Below the pieces are notes generated by a model, which worked only from the letters and a program-made list of their open reading frames with translations, was not told the origin of the DNA and made no database searches. The position numbers and the translations under genes were made by a program. 26,842 nucleotides of DNA from a virus (lineage: Duplodnaviria; Caudoviricetes): IMG/VR virus record IMGVR_UViG_3300031812_000019, positions 1-26,842 of that record, one strand, 5' to 3'. Every line of letters begins with the position of its first letter. Within the stretch, counting starts at the first letter, position 1. This document shows, one piece after another, positions 1 through 8,184 of the stretch.

Positions 1-81
1 AATCCTCGCCTTCGCTCGAATCCGAAGAAACTTTTTCGTCGTCTTCGGCATCGCTATTACCTCCTTTCTCGAAAAGGAAAT
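1..81. repeat. Terminal direct repeat, left copy (circular assembly overlap)
   Basis: Bases 1-81 are identical to 26762-26842; the portal reading frame continues across the join. Confidence 0.97.
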
Positions 82-1474
82 CGAGACCGAGTTCGTTCGC
101 GAGCGCGTACTCTTTCGCTCGCTGACGCAACTCCGTCATCCAATCACGGCCCTGCTTCGCGTACTCGTACGCGAACGTCGTCAGTCCGCTCTTAAGGCGC
201 AAACGTTGCGCTTTCGCTTCTTTCTCCGGATCGACGCCTTCAAGCGCAGGCCAGTACCACTCGTGATCCGGTACGTCGCGACCTAGGCCGACTAACGCTG
301 ACGCCTCGCTGTCAGCAACGCGCCACTCGCGATAAAACGCTTGCAGTAGCGGTTCGAGCACGATCGCTTCGATCCGTGCACGTTCGACTTCGAGTGCGCG
401 ATACCAGTTGCGAAGATCGAGTCGGCCACTCGAAAAGTTCGCGCGCGAAGAGTCGTTCAGCGCAACCACGACGGGAACGTTGAGGCACCTCGCGATCTCG
501 CTCATGAGGTGGTACACAAAATCGCCGTAGGTCGTCGTTGGATGCTGCGCCGTCATCTGCGACAGACGCCACCCCGGTGGCAACACGGTCGCACTGCGCG
601 GTCGAAGATCGACGAATTGCCAGACGAGTTCGCGTGCGAATCGTTCCGCATCGCGCGGAATGTACGCGGCCGAGTCGGTCTGCAAAACAGCCGCGAGATT
701 CGCTGCGGTCTCGGCTGCGGCAGCGGTCGCGAGCGTGAATCGACGTAAGATCGAAAAGAGCGGCAGCGCCGGCGTGATCTCAGGGACACCACGCCACTGG
801 CCCGGTCGTTCGCGATGAAAGTAGTGGATGACGGAGTCCGCCGGTATCGTCTCGTACGAGTAGTCGATGTCTGCAACCGTGATGTCACCGGGATGTCGCC
901 GCAGAACGTGATACGCCGCTGGCATCCCGTAGTCGTCGAAAACGATACCCTCGACCGATTGCATGAGCGCAGAGATCGGACCTTCGCTAATCTGCTCCGG
1001 CTCGACGAGTCGAACTGCGAGCTTGACTTTCGTCAGCTGCCGCGGATAGTCGCAGAGGATCGCGAAGGCCTCGCCATCGACGACGACGCAGCGACGCATC
1101 GTGCGCAAAATCTCGGGTAGATCGACCGCAGCGCACCACTCGGACCACGCTCGCTCGAAGCAAAGATTCAACTCTTCGTTCGTAGTACGAACCTGAAGAA
1201 CCGGCCCGGTGCCGATCGTATAGTTCGCGATCGTCGAGACGATACCGTTTGCGTAGCTGTTGTTCGCAACCTCGTAACGCGATCGATTCCGTAGAGTGCG
1301 CCGCACACTCGGCGTCAGCGCAGCCGAAGGCGATAGCGCATCCGCCTGGGCCCAGTGCTGCGCATTATCCGGAGTCGTTGCCGCGGCATCGTAACGTGCG
1401 CGAAACGAAACGTCCGCTCGCGCTGACAACGCGTTGCCACTCGTACTAAAGACTCGACGCAGCCACCCGATCAT
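1..1474 (-). CDS. Phage portal protein, lambda family (about 496 aa; wraps the origin, stop TGA at 26745-26747)
   Basis: Absent from the ORF track because it runs off the edge. Manual translation from ATG 1474 gives MIGWLRRVF...RYDAAATTPDNAQHW...LRNRSRYEVANNSYANGIV...IGTGP, and the same frame ends ...EYAKQGRDWMTELRQRAKE...GEDSRTGS*. Lies between terminase/gpW and capsid. Confidence 0.92.
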   Translation of the reverse strand, partial: MIGWLRRVFSTSGNALSARADVSFRARYDAAATTPDNAQHWAQADALSPSAALTPSVRRTLRNRSRYEVANNSYANGIVSTIANYTIGTGPVLQVRTTNEELNLCFERAWSEWCAAVDLPEILRTMRRCVVVDGEAFAILCDYPRQLTKVKLAVRLVEPEQISEGPISALMQSVEGIVFDDYGMPAAYHVLRRHPGDITVADIDYSYETIPADSVIHYFHRERPGQWRGVPEITPALPLFSILRRFTLATAAAAETAANLAAVLQTDSAAYIPRDAERFARELVWQFVDLRPRSATVLPPGWRLSQMTAQHPTTTYGDFVYHLMSEIARCLNVPVVVALNDSSRANFSSGRLDLRNWYRALEVERARIEAIVLEPLLQAFYREWRVADSEASALVGLGRDVPDHEWYWPALEGVDPEKEAKAQRLRLKSGLTTFAYEYAKQGRDWMTELRQRAKEYALANELGLDFLFEKGGNSDAEDDEKVSSDSSEGED

Positions 1475-1662
1475 CCTAACGCCCCCGGCGCGTTCATCTT
1501 TACGACTACCGCTTTCGGTTCCGATGCCTGACGCACGAACTCGAGTAGCTCGCTCACGTCGCGATACTGGACTGTCATGCCATCGACAGTCACCGTCTTC
1601 GGCTGCCGCGCTTGCTCGACTAACGATTCGATAAGCTGCTGTCGCTGCACGTCGTCGATCAT
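1471..1662 (-). CDS. Head-completion protein, lambda gpW-like (63 aa)
   Basis: ATG 1662 overlaps the terminase stop (ATGA) and its stop overlaps the portal ATG; PKTVTVDGMTVQYRDVSEL resembles the gpW pattern; syntenic position. Confidence 0.75.
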   Translation of the reverse strand: MIDDVQRQQLIESLVEQARQPKTVTVDGMTVQYRDVSELLEFVRQASEPKAVVVKMNAPGALG

Positions 1663-3647
1663 GACATCGCCCTCGCACGATAACGAAGTAATCCTTCGAG
1701 TAACCAGTTCGAACTCGAATCCGAAGTCGAAGACGTACTCGACTCGAGCGAATCGAAAATCTCGCGCGCAACGAGCGCGCCCACGAGGCAGTCGAAGTAG
1801 TGGTTCTCGCGCGCCGGCAAAAGCGACCACTCGACGCACTGCCGCCAGATCGATTGCGTAGCCACGCCGGTCTCCGACGTAAGATGCTCGATAACGACCG
1901 GCGCATCGACTGTACGCGCGATCTCAACCGAAGACGACGCGAAGAGATTCGCAACACTCGTCTTCGCACGGTTCGTGTCGATCAGCACGCTCGTCGTGGC
2001 GCGGTCCGGATCGCGCGTCATGCGCCACGCGTTGCCCGTTACGTCGCCCGGCTTCGTGAGCTCAACGACCGACGACTTCGACCGCGCACCGACGTAACGA
2101 CCGTAAGCTGGATAGACGCGATCGTGTATCGCGGCCACCGACGATACGATGTCACTGCGATAGCCGGCATCTACGAGCACGAAGCTACTCGGATAACGAG
2201 CGCGAAGCTGCGCGAGTAAATCGTGTAAACCTCGCTCGATCGACTGCGGCGCCGCGATGCGATAAAAGCCTTCGAGTGATAGCGCCGGCCGCGTTGCCGA
2301 GTAGTAATTCGCATGCTGCTCGGGCCATGTCGAAAACGCCACACGCACACGATCGTTCTCGCGCGCAACGACCGCGTAGTAGAGAATCCGCTCCTGCACG
2401 TCGACGTAAATCCCGACTCGCTCCGACGGCGCAATCGAGAAGTCGCCGAACGCGGACGCAACCGACTCTGGCGCAATCGCGACCGAATCGTCCGCAACGA
2501 CGTTCGCTGCAGGTTCGTTCTGGTACTCCGAGTAGAACGCGTTGCGATCCTGGAAATAAAGATGCATCGCGTGTTGGATCGCCGACACTTCGATGCGCGG
2601 ATCGTAACACGCTTCCCAGAACGGCACCGCGCCGGCATCGAGCTGCGTACGATGCGCGAGGTAGTAGTCGTTGATTCGCTGGTGGTCGCGCACGCGGATC
2701 GCTTCGCGATACACGCGTTCGTACTCCGACCACGCCGCCATATCGGTCGGCATCGAACGAAGTAAACCGATCCGCTCGCCGCTCCACTCGGGTAACGACA
2801 GCAGCTGGTCACTAAGGTCGCCGCGGCGAATGACCGTGCACGTGCAAAGCACCGCGGCCTTGTGATCGTGGGCCATCGTGCCGAGAATGTCTGATTGGAT
2901 TAGTGCACGTCGATACTCGCACTGCCGTGGCGACATAGCGCTGTCGCGAGTCTGCGGGTCATCGATTAGGATGAGCTGAGGTCGCACAAGTCGGCCATCA
3001 GGTAACGCGTGTTGCAGACCGCGCAGCGAACCGCCACGGAGCGGCACCGACTGAATGAGCGCGCCCGAACACTTCGAACCGTCGATCGACGCGAGTACGA
3101 TCCGATCGAACGTAAGTCGAAGATGCGTCGGCTTGCCGTCGAAAAGCTGAAAGCGCATGCGCTGAAGACTGCCGTCGGCGCGTAAGATCGGATAACACGC
3201 CTCGGGATAATCCTCGATGAGCTCGCGCGCCGTCGTGAGCCAGAGAATAAGATTCTGGATCGTCTGCCGCGCGCGCTGGCCATTCGCTGTCACTACAAGC
3301 ACATACTTCGCGTGGCCATGCAGCACCGCCCACAACGCGGTCGCGAGCGAAAGCGAAGTCTTGCCGCTTCCGCGTGGCATCGCGTACGCGAAGCAACCGC
3401 CACGAAGAACGACCTCTTCGAACTTCCGAGCGATCGATCGATGCGCGTCCGAAAACGGCAGCGAAAAGACCGACGGTAGATACGTGCGACACCACTCGAG
3501 AATCGATCGACTCGCTCGCGCACGCCGACGTGGATGCGCAACCTCAGGTAGCGGTCCGATCTCGCGAGCGCGCAAAATGACACGTCGCCGACGTAAAGCT
3601 TCGTCGGCGACCACATGCGCGTACTCTTCGATCGTCCTAGCCGCCAT
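1659..3647 (-). CDS. Terminase large subunit (GpA-like)
   Basis: 662 aa; Walker A MPRGSGKT, Walker B LILIDD, nuclease-domain motifs YVDVQ, VDAGY and NHYFDC; directly upstream of gpW/portal. Confidence 0.92.
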   Translation of the reverse strand: MAARTIEEYAHVVADEALRRRRVILRAREIGPLPEVAHPRRRARASRSILEWCRTYLPSVFSLPFSDAHRSIARKFEEVVLRGGCFAYAMPRGSGKTSLSLATALWAVLHGHAKYVLVVTANGQRARQTIQNLILWLTTARELIEDYPEACYPILRADGSLQRMRFQLFDGKPTHLRLTFDRIVLASIDGSKCSGALIQSVPLRGGSLRGLQHALPDGRLVRPQLILIDDPQTRDSAMSPRQCEYRRALIQSDILGTMAHDHKAAVLCTCTVIRRGDLSDQLLSLPEWSGERIGLLRSMPTDMAAWSEYERVYREAIRVRDHQRINDYYLAHRTQLDAGAVPFWEACYDPRIEVSAIQHAMHLYFQDRNAFYSEYQNEPAANVVADDSVAIAPESVASAFGDFSIAPSERVGIYVDVQERILYYAVVARENDRVRVAFSTWPEQHANYYSATRPALSLEGFYRIAAPQSIERGLHDLLAQLRARYPSSFVLVDAGYRSDIVSSVAAIHDRVYPAYGRYVGARSKSSVVELTKPGDVTGNAWRMTRDPDRATTSVLIDTNRAKTSVANLFASSSVEIARTVDAPVVIEHLTSETGVATQSIWRQCVEWSLLPARENHYFDCLVGALVAREIFDSLESSTSSTSDSSSNWLLEGLLRYRARAMS

Positions 3648-4428
3648 CGCTCTTAGTCTCTCCTAAGTCGCGCACCGGCATCGCAATCGGCTTCAGATCG
3701 TCCGAGTAGTGCGCCGGATGTGTCAGCATCGAACGAATAACTCGCGGTGACGCGCCCCACACGTCGCCGACACCGTTTAGTCGAGTCGTGCAACAGACTG
3801 GTGACAAGAGCTCGCCAGTCGCTGTCGCAATAATCCCACCGCCGCTATCGCCCTGCGAAACCGATAAGCGATAACGAACCTGAAGGTCGGCGTTCTCTTT
3901 CGCGACCACGTAACCGTCCTCGCGATTGCCCGGAATATGAACGCCGTAGCCGCAGTGGAAGACCTTATCGCCGACTCCGTACGACTCCGCAACGCGCAGC
4001 CACGGGAGTCGATCGTGACGATCATCCGTCAGTAAGATCGAGCAGTCGGACTTGCGATTGATCGCGATCACGCGCGCGCCGAACGAAATACCGTTACGAA
4101 GAACGACCGTTACCTCCTCGCCGACGCGGCGATGGCAGTGCGCGGCGCTGACAAGATACCAGCGACCATCGTCACGCTTCGGACCTACGATCGTCGCACT
4201 GCAGTAGCCGCCAGTCATAATAATCTTCGCGACCGCATCGCACGGATTCGCTGCCGGCTTGTCGTCGTCCGGCCGCGGTGACTTTTCTTTGTCACCGCGC
4301 TTCTCGTCTTGCGGCGGTACGCGCACGCAACCGAAGTGAACCGCGGTGCCACCGCCGATAACCGTAAGTAGCGCGGTCAGTACCGCAACGAGAATCGATC
4401 GCCACGGCTCGGGAATCGAAATGCGCAT
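3637..4428 (-). CDS. Membrane-anchored trypsin-like (S1) serine protease
   Basis: N-terminal hydrophobic segment ILVAVLTALLTVIGGG; catalytic triad motifs SAAHC, DCSIL and GDSGGG; SD AAGGAG upstream. Confidence 0.88.
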   Translation of the reverse strand: MRISIPEPWRSILVAVLTALLTVIGGGTAVHFGCVRVPPQDEKRGDKEKSPRPDDDKPAANPCDAVAKIIMTGGYCSATIVGPKRDDGRWYLVSAAHCHRRVGEEVTVVLRNGISFGARVIAINRKSDCSILLTDDRHDRLPWLRVAESYGVGDKVFHCGYGVHIPGNREDGYVVAKENADLQVRYRLSVSQGDSGGGIIATATGELLSPVCCTTRLNGVGDVWGASPRVIRSMLTHPAHYSDDLKPIAMPVRDLGETKSDGG

Positions 4429-4469
4429 CGATTCGCTCCTTCGTTCGACAAACTACTCGATTTTCGAAG

Positions 4470-4513
4470 CCGCTCGCCGGCCGCCGGTTTCGCGCGGGCC
4501 CCAGGAAGGACCC
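4470..4513 (-). other. Putative cos packaging site (cosQ-like GGGTCCT plus GC-rich cosN-like segment)
   Basis: Minus strand reads GGGTCCT (4513-4507), identical to lambda cosQ, then TCC...AAACCGGCGGCCGGCG in an intergenic gap upstream of the terminase operon. Confidence 0.55.
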
Positions 4514-4523
4514 ACGACTGCAC

Positions 4524-4736
4524 CTACCGTCTAAAGCGAGTCAGAACAAAGTATAGCAACGCCAACACGATCGTACACACAACGCATCCGTCGCGCACTC
4601 CAGCGAAGTATGCCGCGGAGATTGCAGCGCTACTCGCGTGCTCGACCGCGGTTGCGATTTTCGTAGACGATTCGCGGACCGCGCTTGCGACTGCGCGGAT
4701 CTCGCGTAGCGTATCGACGACGGCAGCTTCGTTCAC
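4524..4736 (-). CDS. Small membrane protein, possible holin-like (70 aa)
   Basis: Ala-rich helical N-terminus, C-terminal hydrophobic helix VVCTIVLALLYFVL followed by basic tail TRFRR; first gene of the late block. Confidence 0.55.
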   Translation of the reverse strand: MNEAAVVDTLREIRAVASAVRESSTKIATAVEHASSAAISAAYFAGVRDGCVVCTIVLALLYFVLTRFRR

Positions 4737-4753
4737 GACCCCGCCCCGTAGTT

Positions 4754-4783
4754 AGTCTAACCTAAGAGACGAGTTCGAGACAA
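4754..4783 (-). promoter_or_regulatory. Possible sigma70-type late promoter
   Basis: TTGTCT-N18-TAGACT on the minus strand in the AT-richer gap before the 70-aa gene. Confidence 0.3.
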
Positions 4784-4804
4784 GAAGAGTTTAGAGAAAA
4801 TCGA

Positions 4805-5083
4805 CTAGACGTGGCGTCGCACACGACATGTGATATCGGAGGCACGGAATAAGCGAATCACGCGTTCTTCGACGCTTTTACGTGACTCGCCGAAGTTGCC
4901 GATGTAACATTTCACTACGCCGTTTTCGAGGTAGAAAACGACGTGTCTTCGGCCTTGTGCCGAGTAGATCGTCGGCTTGACGAGCGATTGCGCGAGTCTC
5001 TTAACGACCTTACGCAGATCGTTAGCGGAATAAACGACGTTGCCGAAAACGTCGTAGAGTCGATAACTGGGTCGTTGTTTCAT
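4805..5083 (-). CDS. Hypothetical basic protein (92 aa)
   Basis: ATG 5083 preceded by GAGGAG; the longer tracked start would cross a terminator. Confidence 0.7.
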   Translation of the reverse strand: MKQRPSYRLYDVFGNVVYSANDLRKVVKRLAQSLVKPTIYSAQGRRHVVFYLENGVVKCYIGNFGESRKSVEERVIRLFRASDITCRVRRHV

Positions 5084-5103
5084 CGTTGCTCCTCGTAGTC
5101 GAT

Positions 5104-5128
5104 AAAAAATGCCCGGCATCTCCGGGCA
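5104..5128 (-). terminator. Rho-independent terminator ending the early operon
   Basis: TGCCCGG-AGATG-CCGGGCA followed by TTTTTT on the minus strand. Confidence 0.8.
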
Positions 5129-5152
5129 CAACGTAATCATGTCATCGCGCTG

Positions 5153-5482
5153 TCACCGACGTGACAGCGACTCGCGCATTCGATCGCGAATCGCGAGAAG
5201 AACGGTTATCGGTGCGCCAGCGAAGTCTCGCGCACACTGCGCAGCGTACTCGGAGCGACAGACTCGATACGCGCTCCACGGCGGATGCAGTGCGAGTGAG
5301 CCATCGTCGCGAACTTCGTAGATGCGCCAACCATCGGGCGTGCAGAACCAGCGACTGCCGATGCGAAAGACACCGACGCAAAGTACGCGAACGAGTTTCT
5401 TTTCGACTAAGCGTCGGTGCGCTTCGAATGCGAGATCGAGAATCTCGCGAACAACGAAGTCGAAGTCGAAGGACTCGTTCAT
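5153..5482 (-). CDS. Hypothetical early protein (109 aa), probable paralog of 7443-7757
   Basis: ATG with GAGG SD; VGVFRIGSRWFCTPDG aligns with VGAYRVGNRIFACLDG. Confidence 0.75.
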   Translation of the reverse strand: MNESFDFDFVVREILDLAFEAHRRLVEKKLVRVLCVGVFRIGSRWFCTPDGWRIYEVRDDGSLALHPPWSAYRVCRSEYAAQCARDFAGAPITVLLAIRDRMRESLSRR

Positions 5483-5497
5483 CGTTTGCCTCGCTAG

Positions 5498-6118
5498 CTA
5501 GTCCGGAATTACTAGCGGTGCCGCGACCTCGAGGAGATCGCGCGCAGTTATGCGGATCGCGATTTCATCGTAGCTACCGTCGTCTTCAGTCACGCAGATC
5601 GCGCGAAGCGCGGCCTCCATTACGTATCGCGCAGCCATCCGAATATCGAACGGCACCTCGTGACGATCGTCGATATCGGGCGCGATCAGGTGCACCGGTG
5701 CGAAGTGATGCACTTCTCTTCGTTCTACTTCCTTATGCTCGCCGACTACTAAGACGCCGGCATGCTTCGCCGGCGCGAAACGAAACGAGTACGAGTCGTT
5801 AGCGATCCACTCGAGCGCTTCGAGTACGTCTTTTCCCGCGATACTGAAGCCGAAAAAAACGGGATGAAAAGCGTAGCAGTATCGCGCGCACCACGCGAAA
5901 GCGCGAACGATAGCGGGTAAGTGTCGGCGTCGATGGTGGCGCCGACACCAGTCGTAAACTACGCCGAGTACGATCGTGCGATTTACGAGACTCGGCTCCG
6001 CGGGTTTTACGAAGATCGTCTCGGTTTCGACGACGCCGCGTAAGTATCGACCGTATCGCTCGGTCGCTTCGCGGTCGATGCACGATGCGACTTCGTCCCA
6101 ACTAAGCTTTTTCGGCAT
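5498..6118 (-). CDS. Hypothetical protein (206 aa)
   Basis: ATG with strong AAGGAGGT SD; tiles between neighbouring genes. Confidence 0.8.
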   Translation of the reverse strand: MPKKLSWDEVASCIDREATERYGRYLRGVVETETIFVKPAEPSLVNRTIVLGVVYDWCRRHHRRRHLPAIVRAFAWCARYCYAFHPVFFGFSIAGKDVLEALEWIANDSYSFRFAPAKHAGVLVVGEHKEVERREVHHFAPVHLIAPDIDDRHEVPFDIRMAARYVMEAALRAICVTEDDGSYDEIAIRITARDLLEVAAPLVIPD

Positions 6119-6389
6119 GCGAACCTCCTTTCTTCGGAACGTGGAGACACTCTTTTACTCGCCCGCAGCGCGGGCAGTAGTAATCGCCCCAGAGGCTTTC
6201 GCGGTAGTACGCGTTTCCGACAGAGACGTGTGGCGGTACCGCGTCCCAAATCTTTGTGATCGGATCGCGCATAAACCTACCGAGGCAGTGCCCGCATCGC
6301 GGGCAGTAACCGAAGTGCACGTTCTCGTACGGCGCAACTTCGTAAGCGGGTCGCTTTTCGCCACAAACGTCGCATCGCTCTTGTCGCAT
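6102..6389 (-). CDS. Zinc-ribbon hypothetical protein (95 aa)
   Basis: CDVC, CPRC and CPRC motifs; GGGAGA SD inside the conserved leader. Confidence 0.75.
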   Translation of the reverse strand: MRQERCDVCGEKRPAYEVAPYENVHFGYCPRCGHCLGRFMRDPITKIWDAVPPHVSVGNAYYRESLWGDYYCPRCGRVKECLHVPKKGGSHAEKA

Positions 6390-6410
6390 AGTCGTTCTCC
6401 CTTCGAGTTA

Positions 6411-6441
6411 TGAAACGTTATCGCCTTGCGGCATCACTGCA
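6411..6441 (-). repeat. Conserved early-gene leader element, copy 1
   Basis: 31 bp identical to 7779-7809: TGCAGTGATGCCGCAAGGCGATAACGTTTCA (minus strand). Confidence 0.92.
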
Positions 6442-6478
6442 TCGATGACACCGCGGGGTCACCGCCTCGCAGCGGCAC

Positions 6479-6736
6479 CTAGTTTTCGACTTCGAGTTCT
6501 GCTTCGAGTTCTGCTTCGCGCTCTTCTAGTATCTCGCGCGTGTTTTCGAGTCTACGCCAGACGCCGTAAGGGATTCTGGCCTCGGAAACGACCGTCCAGT
6601 TCGAAATACCGATTCCGCCCTCGTAAACGAAGCCATCGGGAGCAACGAGCGCGAATCCGCTCTCGGGAAAAAGGATCTCGGAACGAACGTAAAGGTAATA
6701 CTGCTCGTAATCGTCGCACACGCACTTCGCTTCCAT
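6479..6736 (-). CDS. Hypothetical acidic protein (85 aa), paralog of 7111-7356
   Basis: AAGGAGGA SD; shared pattern SE[IV]LFP..GFAL...G.GI.N.W.VVS...IP.G..R.LE..RE.LEE.EAE. Confidence 0.85.
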   Translation of the reverse strand: MEAKCVCDDYEQYYLYVRSEILFPESGFALVAPDGFVYEGGIGISNWTVVSEARIPYGVWRRLENTREILEEREAELEAELEVEN

Positions 6737-6762
6737 CTCTAGTCCTCCTTAGTTAGTCGCGC

Positions 6763-7095
6763 CTAACTCGGCAGCGTTATCTCTCTCGCTGCGAACTGGT
6801 TCTCTAAGAGAACGCGTTCGGCCCATACCGCGACATCCCAACCGTCGCGGTTGACCGCGGTACGCAACGAAATGCGCCGCCCGGGTATTCGATCTTCGGT
6901 TACGATGCGCCCGTCGCGATGCGGACACGAGTAAAGGACTAAGTCGCCGTGGCGGTTAGGTACGACTAAGTGAAAGACGCCATCGGCGTCGAGTCGTAGG
7001 CCCGCGACATCGCGGTACTTCGCGAGCGGGCCGACTAAGTAACGCAACAGCAACTCGGCGTACACTCGCTCGTAGCGCGCTAGTGGACGCGGCAT
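6763..7095 (-). CDS. Hypothetical protein (110 aa)
   Basis: ATG with GGAGAG SD; fills the gap between neighbouring genes. Confidence 0.75.
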   Translation of the reverse strand: MPRPLARYERVYAELLLRYLVGPLAKYRDVAGLRLDADGVFHLVVPNRHGDLVLYSCPHRDGRIVTEDRIPGRRISLRTAVNRDGWDVAVWAERVLLENQFAAREITLPS

Positions 7096-7110
7096 CGCTC
7101 GCTCTCCGAT

Positions 7111-7356
7111 CTAATCTTCGATCGCCTTTTCGGCTTCGACTTCTTCGAGCTCCTCGCGCACGTACTCGAGTTTGCGTCGAATGCCTTCCGGTATCTCGTC
7201 GGCAGAAACGACTTTCCACTCGTTAGCGATACCGAAGCCGCGCGGCCAGCACTGCTCGTCGTCGTAAAGGGCGAAACCCCACCGTGGGAAAAGAACCTCG
7301 GATTCGACCTGCAGGAGATAGAGACCGTCTTTCGTGCGTACGTACTTCGCGTTCAT
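7111..7356 (-). CDS. Hypothetical acidic protein (81 aa), paralog of 6479-6736
   Basis: TAAGGAGGA SD; clear similarity to the 85-aa protein. Confidence 0.85.
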   Translation of the reverse strand: MNAKYVRTKDGLYLLQVESEVLFPRWGFALYDDEQCWPRGFGIANEWKVVSADEIPEGIRRKLEYVREELEEVEAEKAIED

Positions 7357-7384
7357 CGTAAGTCCTCCTTAGGATTGGTGTACC

Positions 7385-7407
7385 TATCGCCCGAAGGCGT
7401 CACTGCA
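7385..7407 (-). repeat. Conserved early-gene leader element, variant copy
   Basis: TGCAGTGACGCCTTCGGGCGATA: same flanks and stem as the 31-bp repeat but with a TTCG loop. Confidence 0.85.
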
Positions 7408-7442
7408 ATCGAAGAGTACGATTCGACGATCGCGGTTCGGAG

Positions 7443-7757
7443 TTAGAGGGCAGCGACTTCCCGGAACATCTCAAGCATTCGATTCAGTGACTCGGTTGGA
7501 ACGTCTTTGAATTCGTAGGACATCTCGAGCGCAACATCCGGGCGAACATACTTTCCGAAGTCTGCGGCCGGCACATCGAAGACTTGGTCGCCCTTGACCT
7601 CGACGGCATTCTCGCCGTCGAGGCACGCGAAGATTCGATTACCGACGCGGTACGCGCCGACACGCATCGCGGCGCGAAGACCTTTCCGAGACTTTACGGC
7701 TGCACGAGCCTTTTCGATCGCGTCTGCAATCGCATACTGAAGGTCGACTCGATTCAT
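7443..7757 (-). CDS. Hypothetical early protein (104 aa), probable paralog of 5153-5482
   Basis: ATG 7757 (MNRVDL) preceded by GAAAGGAGAG. Confidence 0.8.
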   Translation of the reverse strand: MNRVDLQYAIADAIEKARAAVKSRKGLRAAMRVGAYRVGNRIFACLDGENAVEVKGDQVFDVPAADFGKYVRPDVALEMSYEFKDVPTESLNRMLEMFREVAAL

Positions 7758-7778
7758 CGCTGCTCTCCTTTCGGGTTG

Positions 7779-7809
7779 TGAAACGTTATCGCCTTGCGGC
7801 ATCACTGCA
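7779..7809 (-). repeat. Conserved early-gene leader element, copy 2
   Basis: Identical to 6411-6441; preceded on the minus strand by the hairpin GGCCA-CGGA-TGGCC-GTTTT. Confidence 0.92.
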
Positions 7810-7844
7810 AAACGGCCATCCGTGGCCAGTCGGTATCGCTGTGA

Positions 7845-8117
7845 TCAATCGAAGATGTCGTTGTCATCCTTCCAGTCGCGGCTTACCTTTCCCTCGTCGT
7901 ACATCTTCAACCGCTCGGCATCGACCCAGAAATCGTCGCTAGGCCCTTTCCCTGGAAAGCCGACCTTGGCCCGCGCCTTACCGTCCTTGCACACGCCCTT
8001 CCAGTAGACGACTACGCTAACCCACTTTCCGGCCTTCGTTAGGTAAAGCCCGCGGCCGCAATTCGGCCGAGTCGCCCAACCGGTCGCCTTGTGGTAGCTG
8101 TGTCGCATGTGCCGCAT
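7845..8117 (-). CDS. Hypothetical protein (90 aa), first gene of the early operon
   Basis: GAAAGGAGA SD; directly downstream of the strong promoter; basic body with acidic tail DDNDIFD. Confidence 0.8.
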   Translation of the reverse strand: MRHMRHSYHKATGWATRPNCGRGLYLTKAGKWVSVVVYWKGVCKDGKARAKVGFPGKGPSDDFWVDAERLKMYDEGKVSRDWKDDNDIFD

Positions 8118-8184
8118 CGTCGTTCTCCTTTCGGGTTTCGGGTTACTTCGTTACTCGTTACCGTTCTTCACCGTCGTCACCGTT

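Noticed and set aside
509-1449. Several short plus-strand ORFs in the ORF track
   Set aside because: They lie opposite the portal gene that the track missed; Arg/Ser-rich shadows caused by the CG-rich composition.
6411-7809. 31-bp repeats as attL/attR or as sigma70 promoters
   Set aside because: No recombinase is encoded, and the -35/-10 matches are poor and inconsistent across the three copies.
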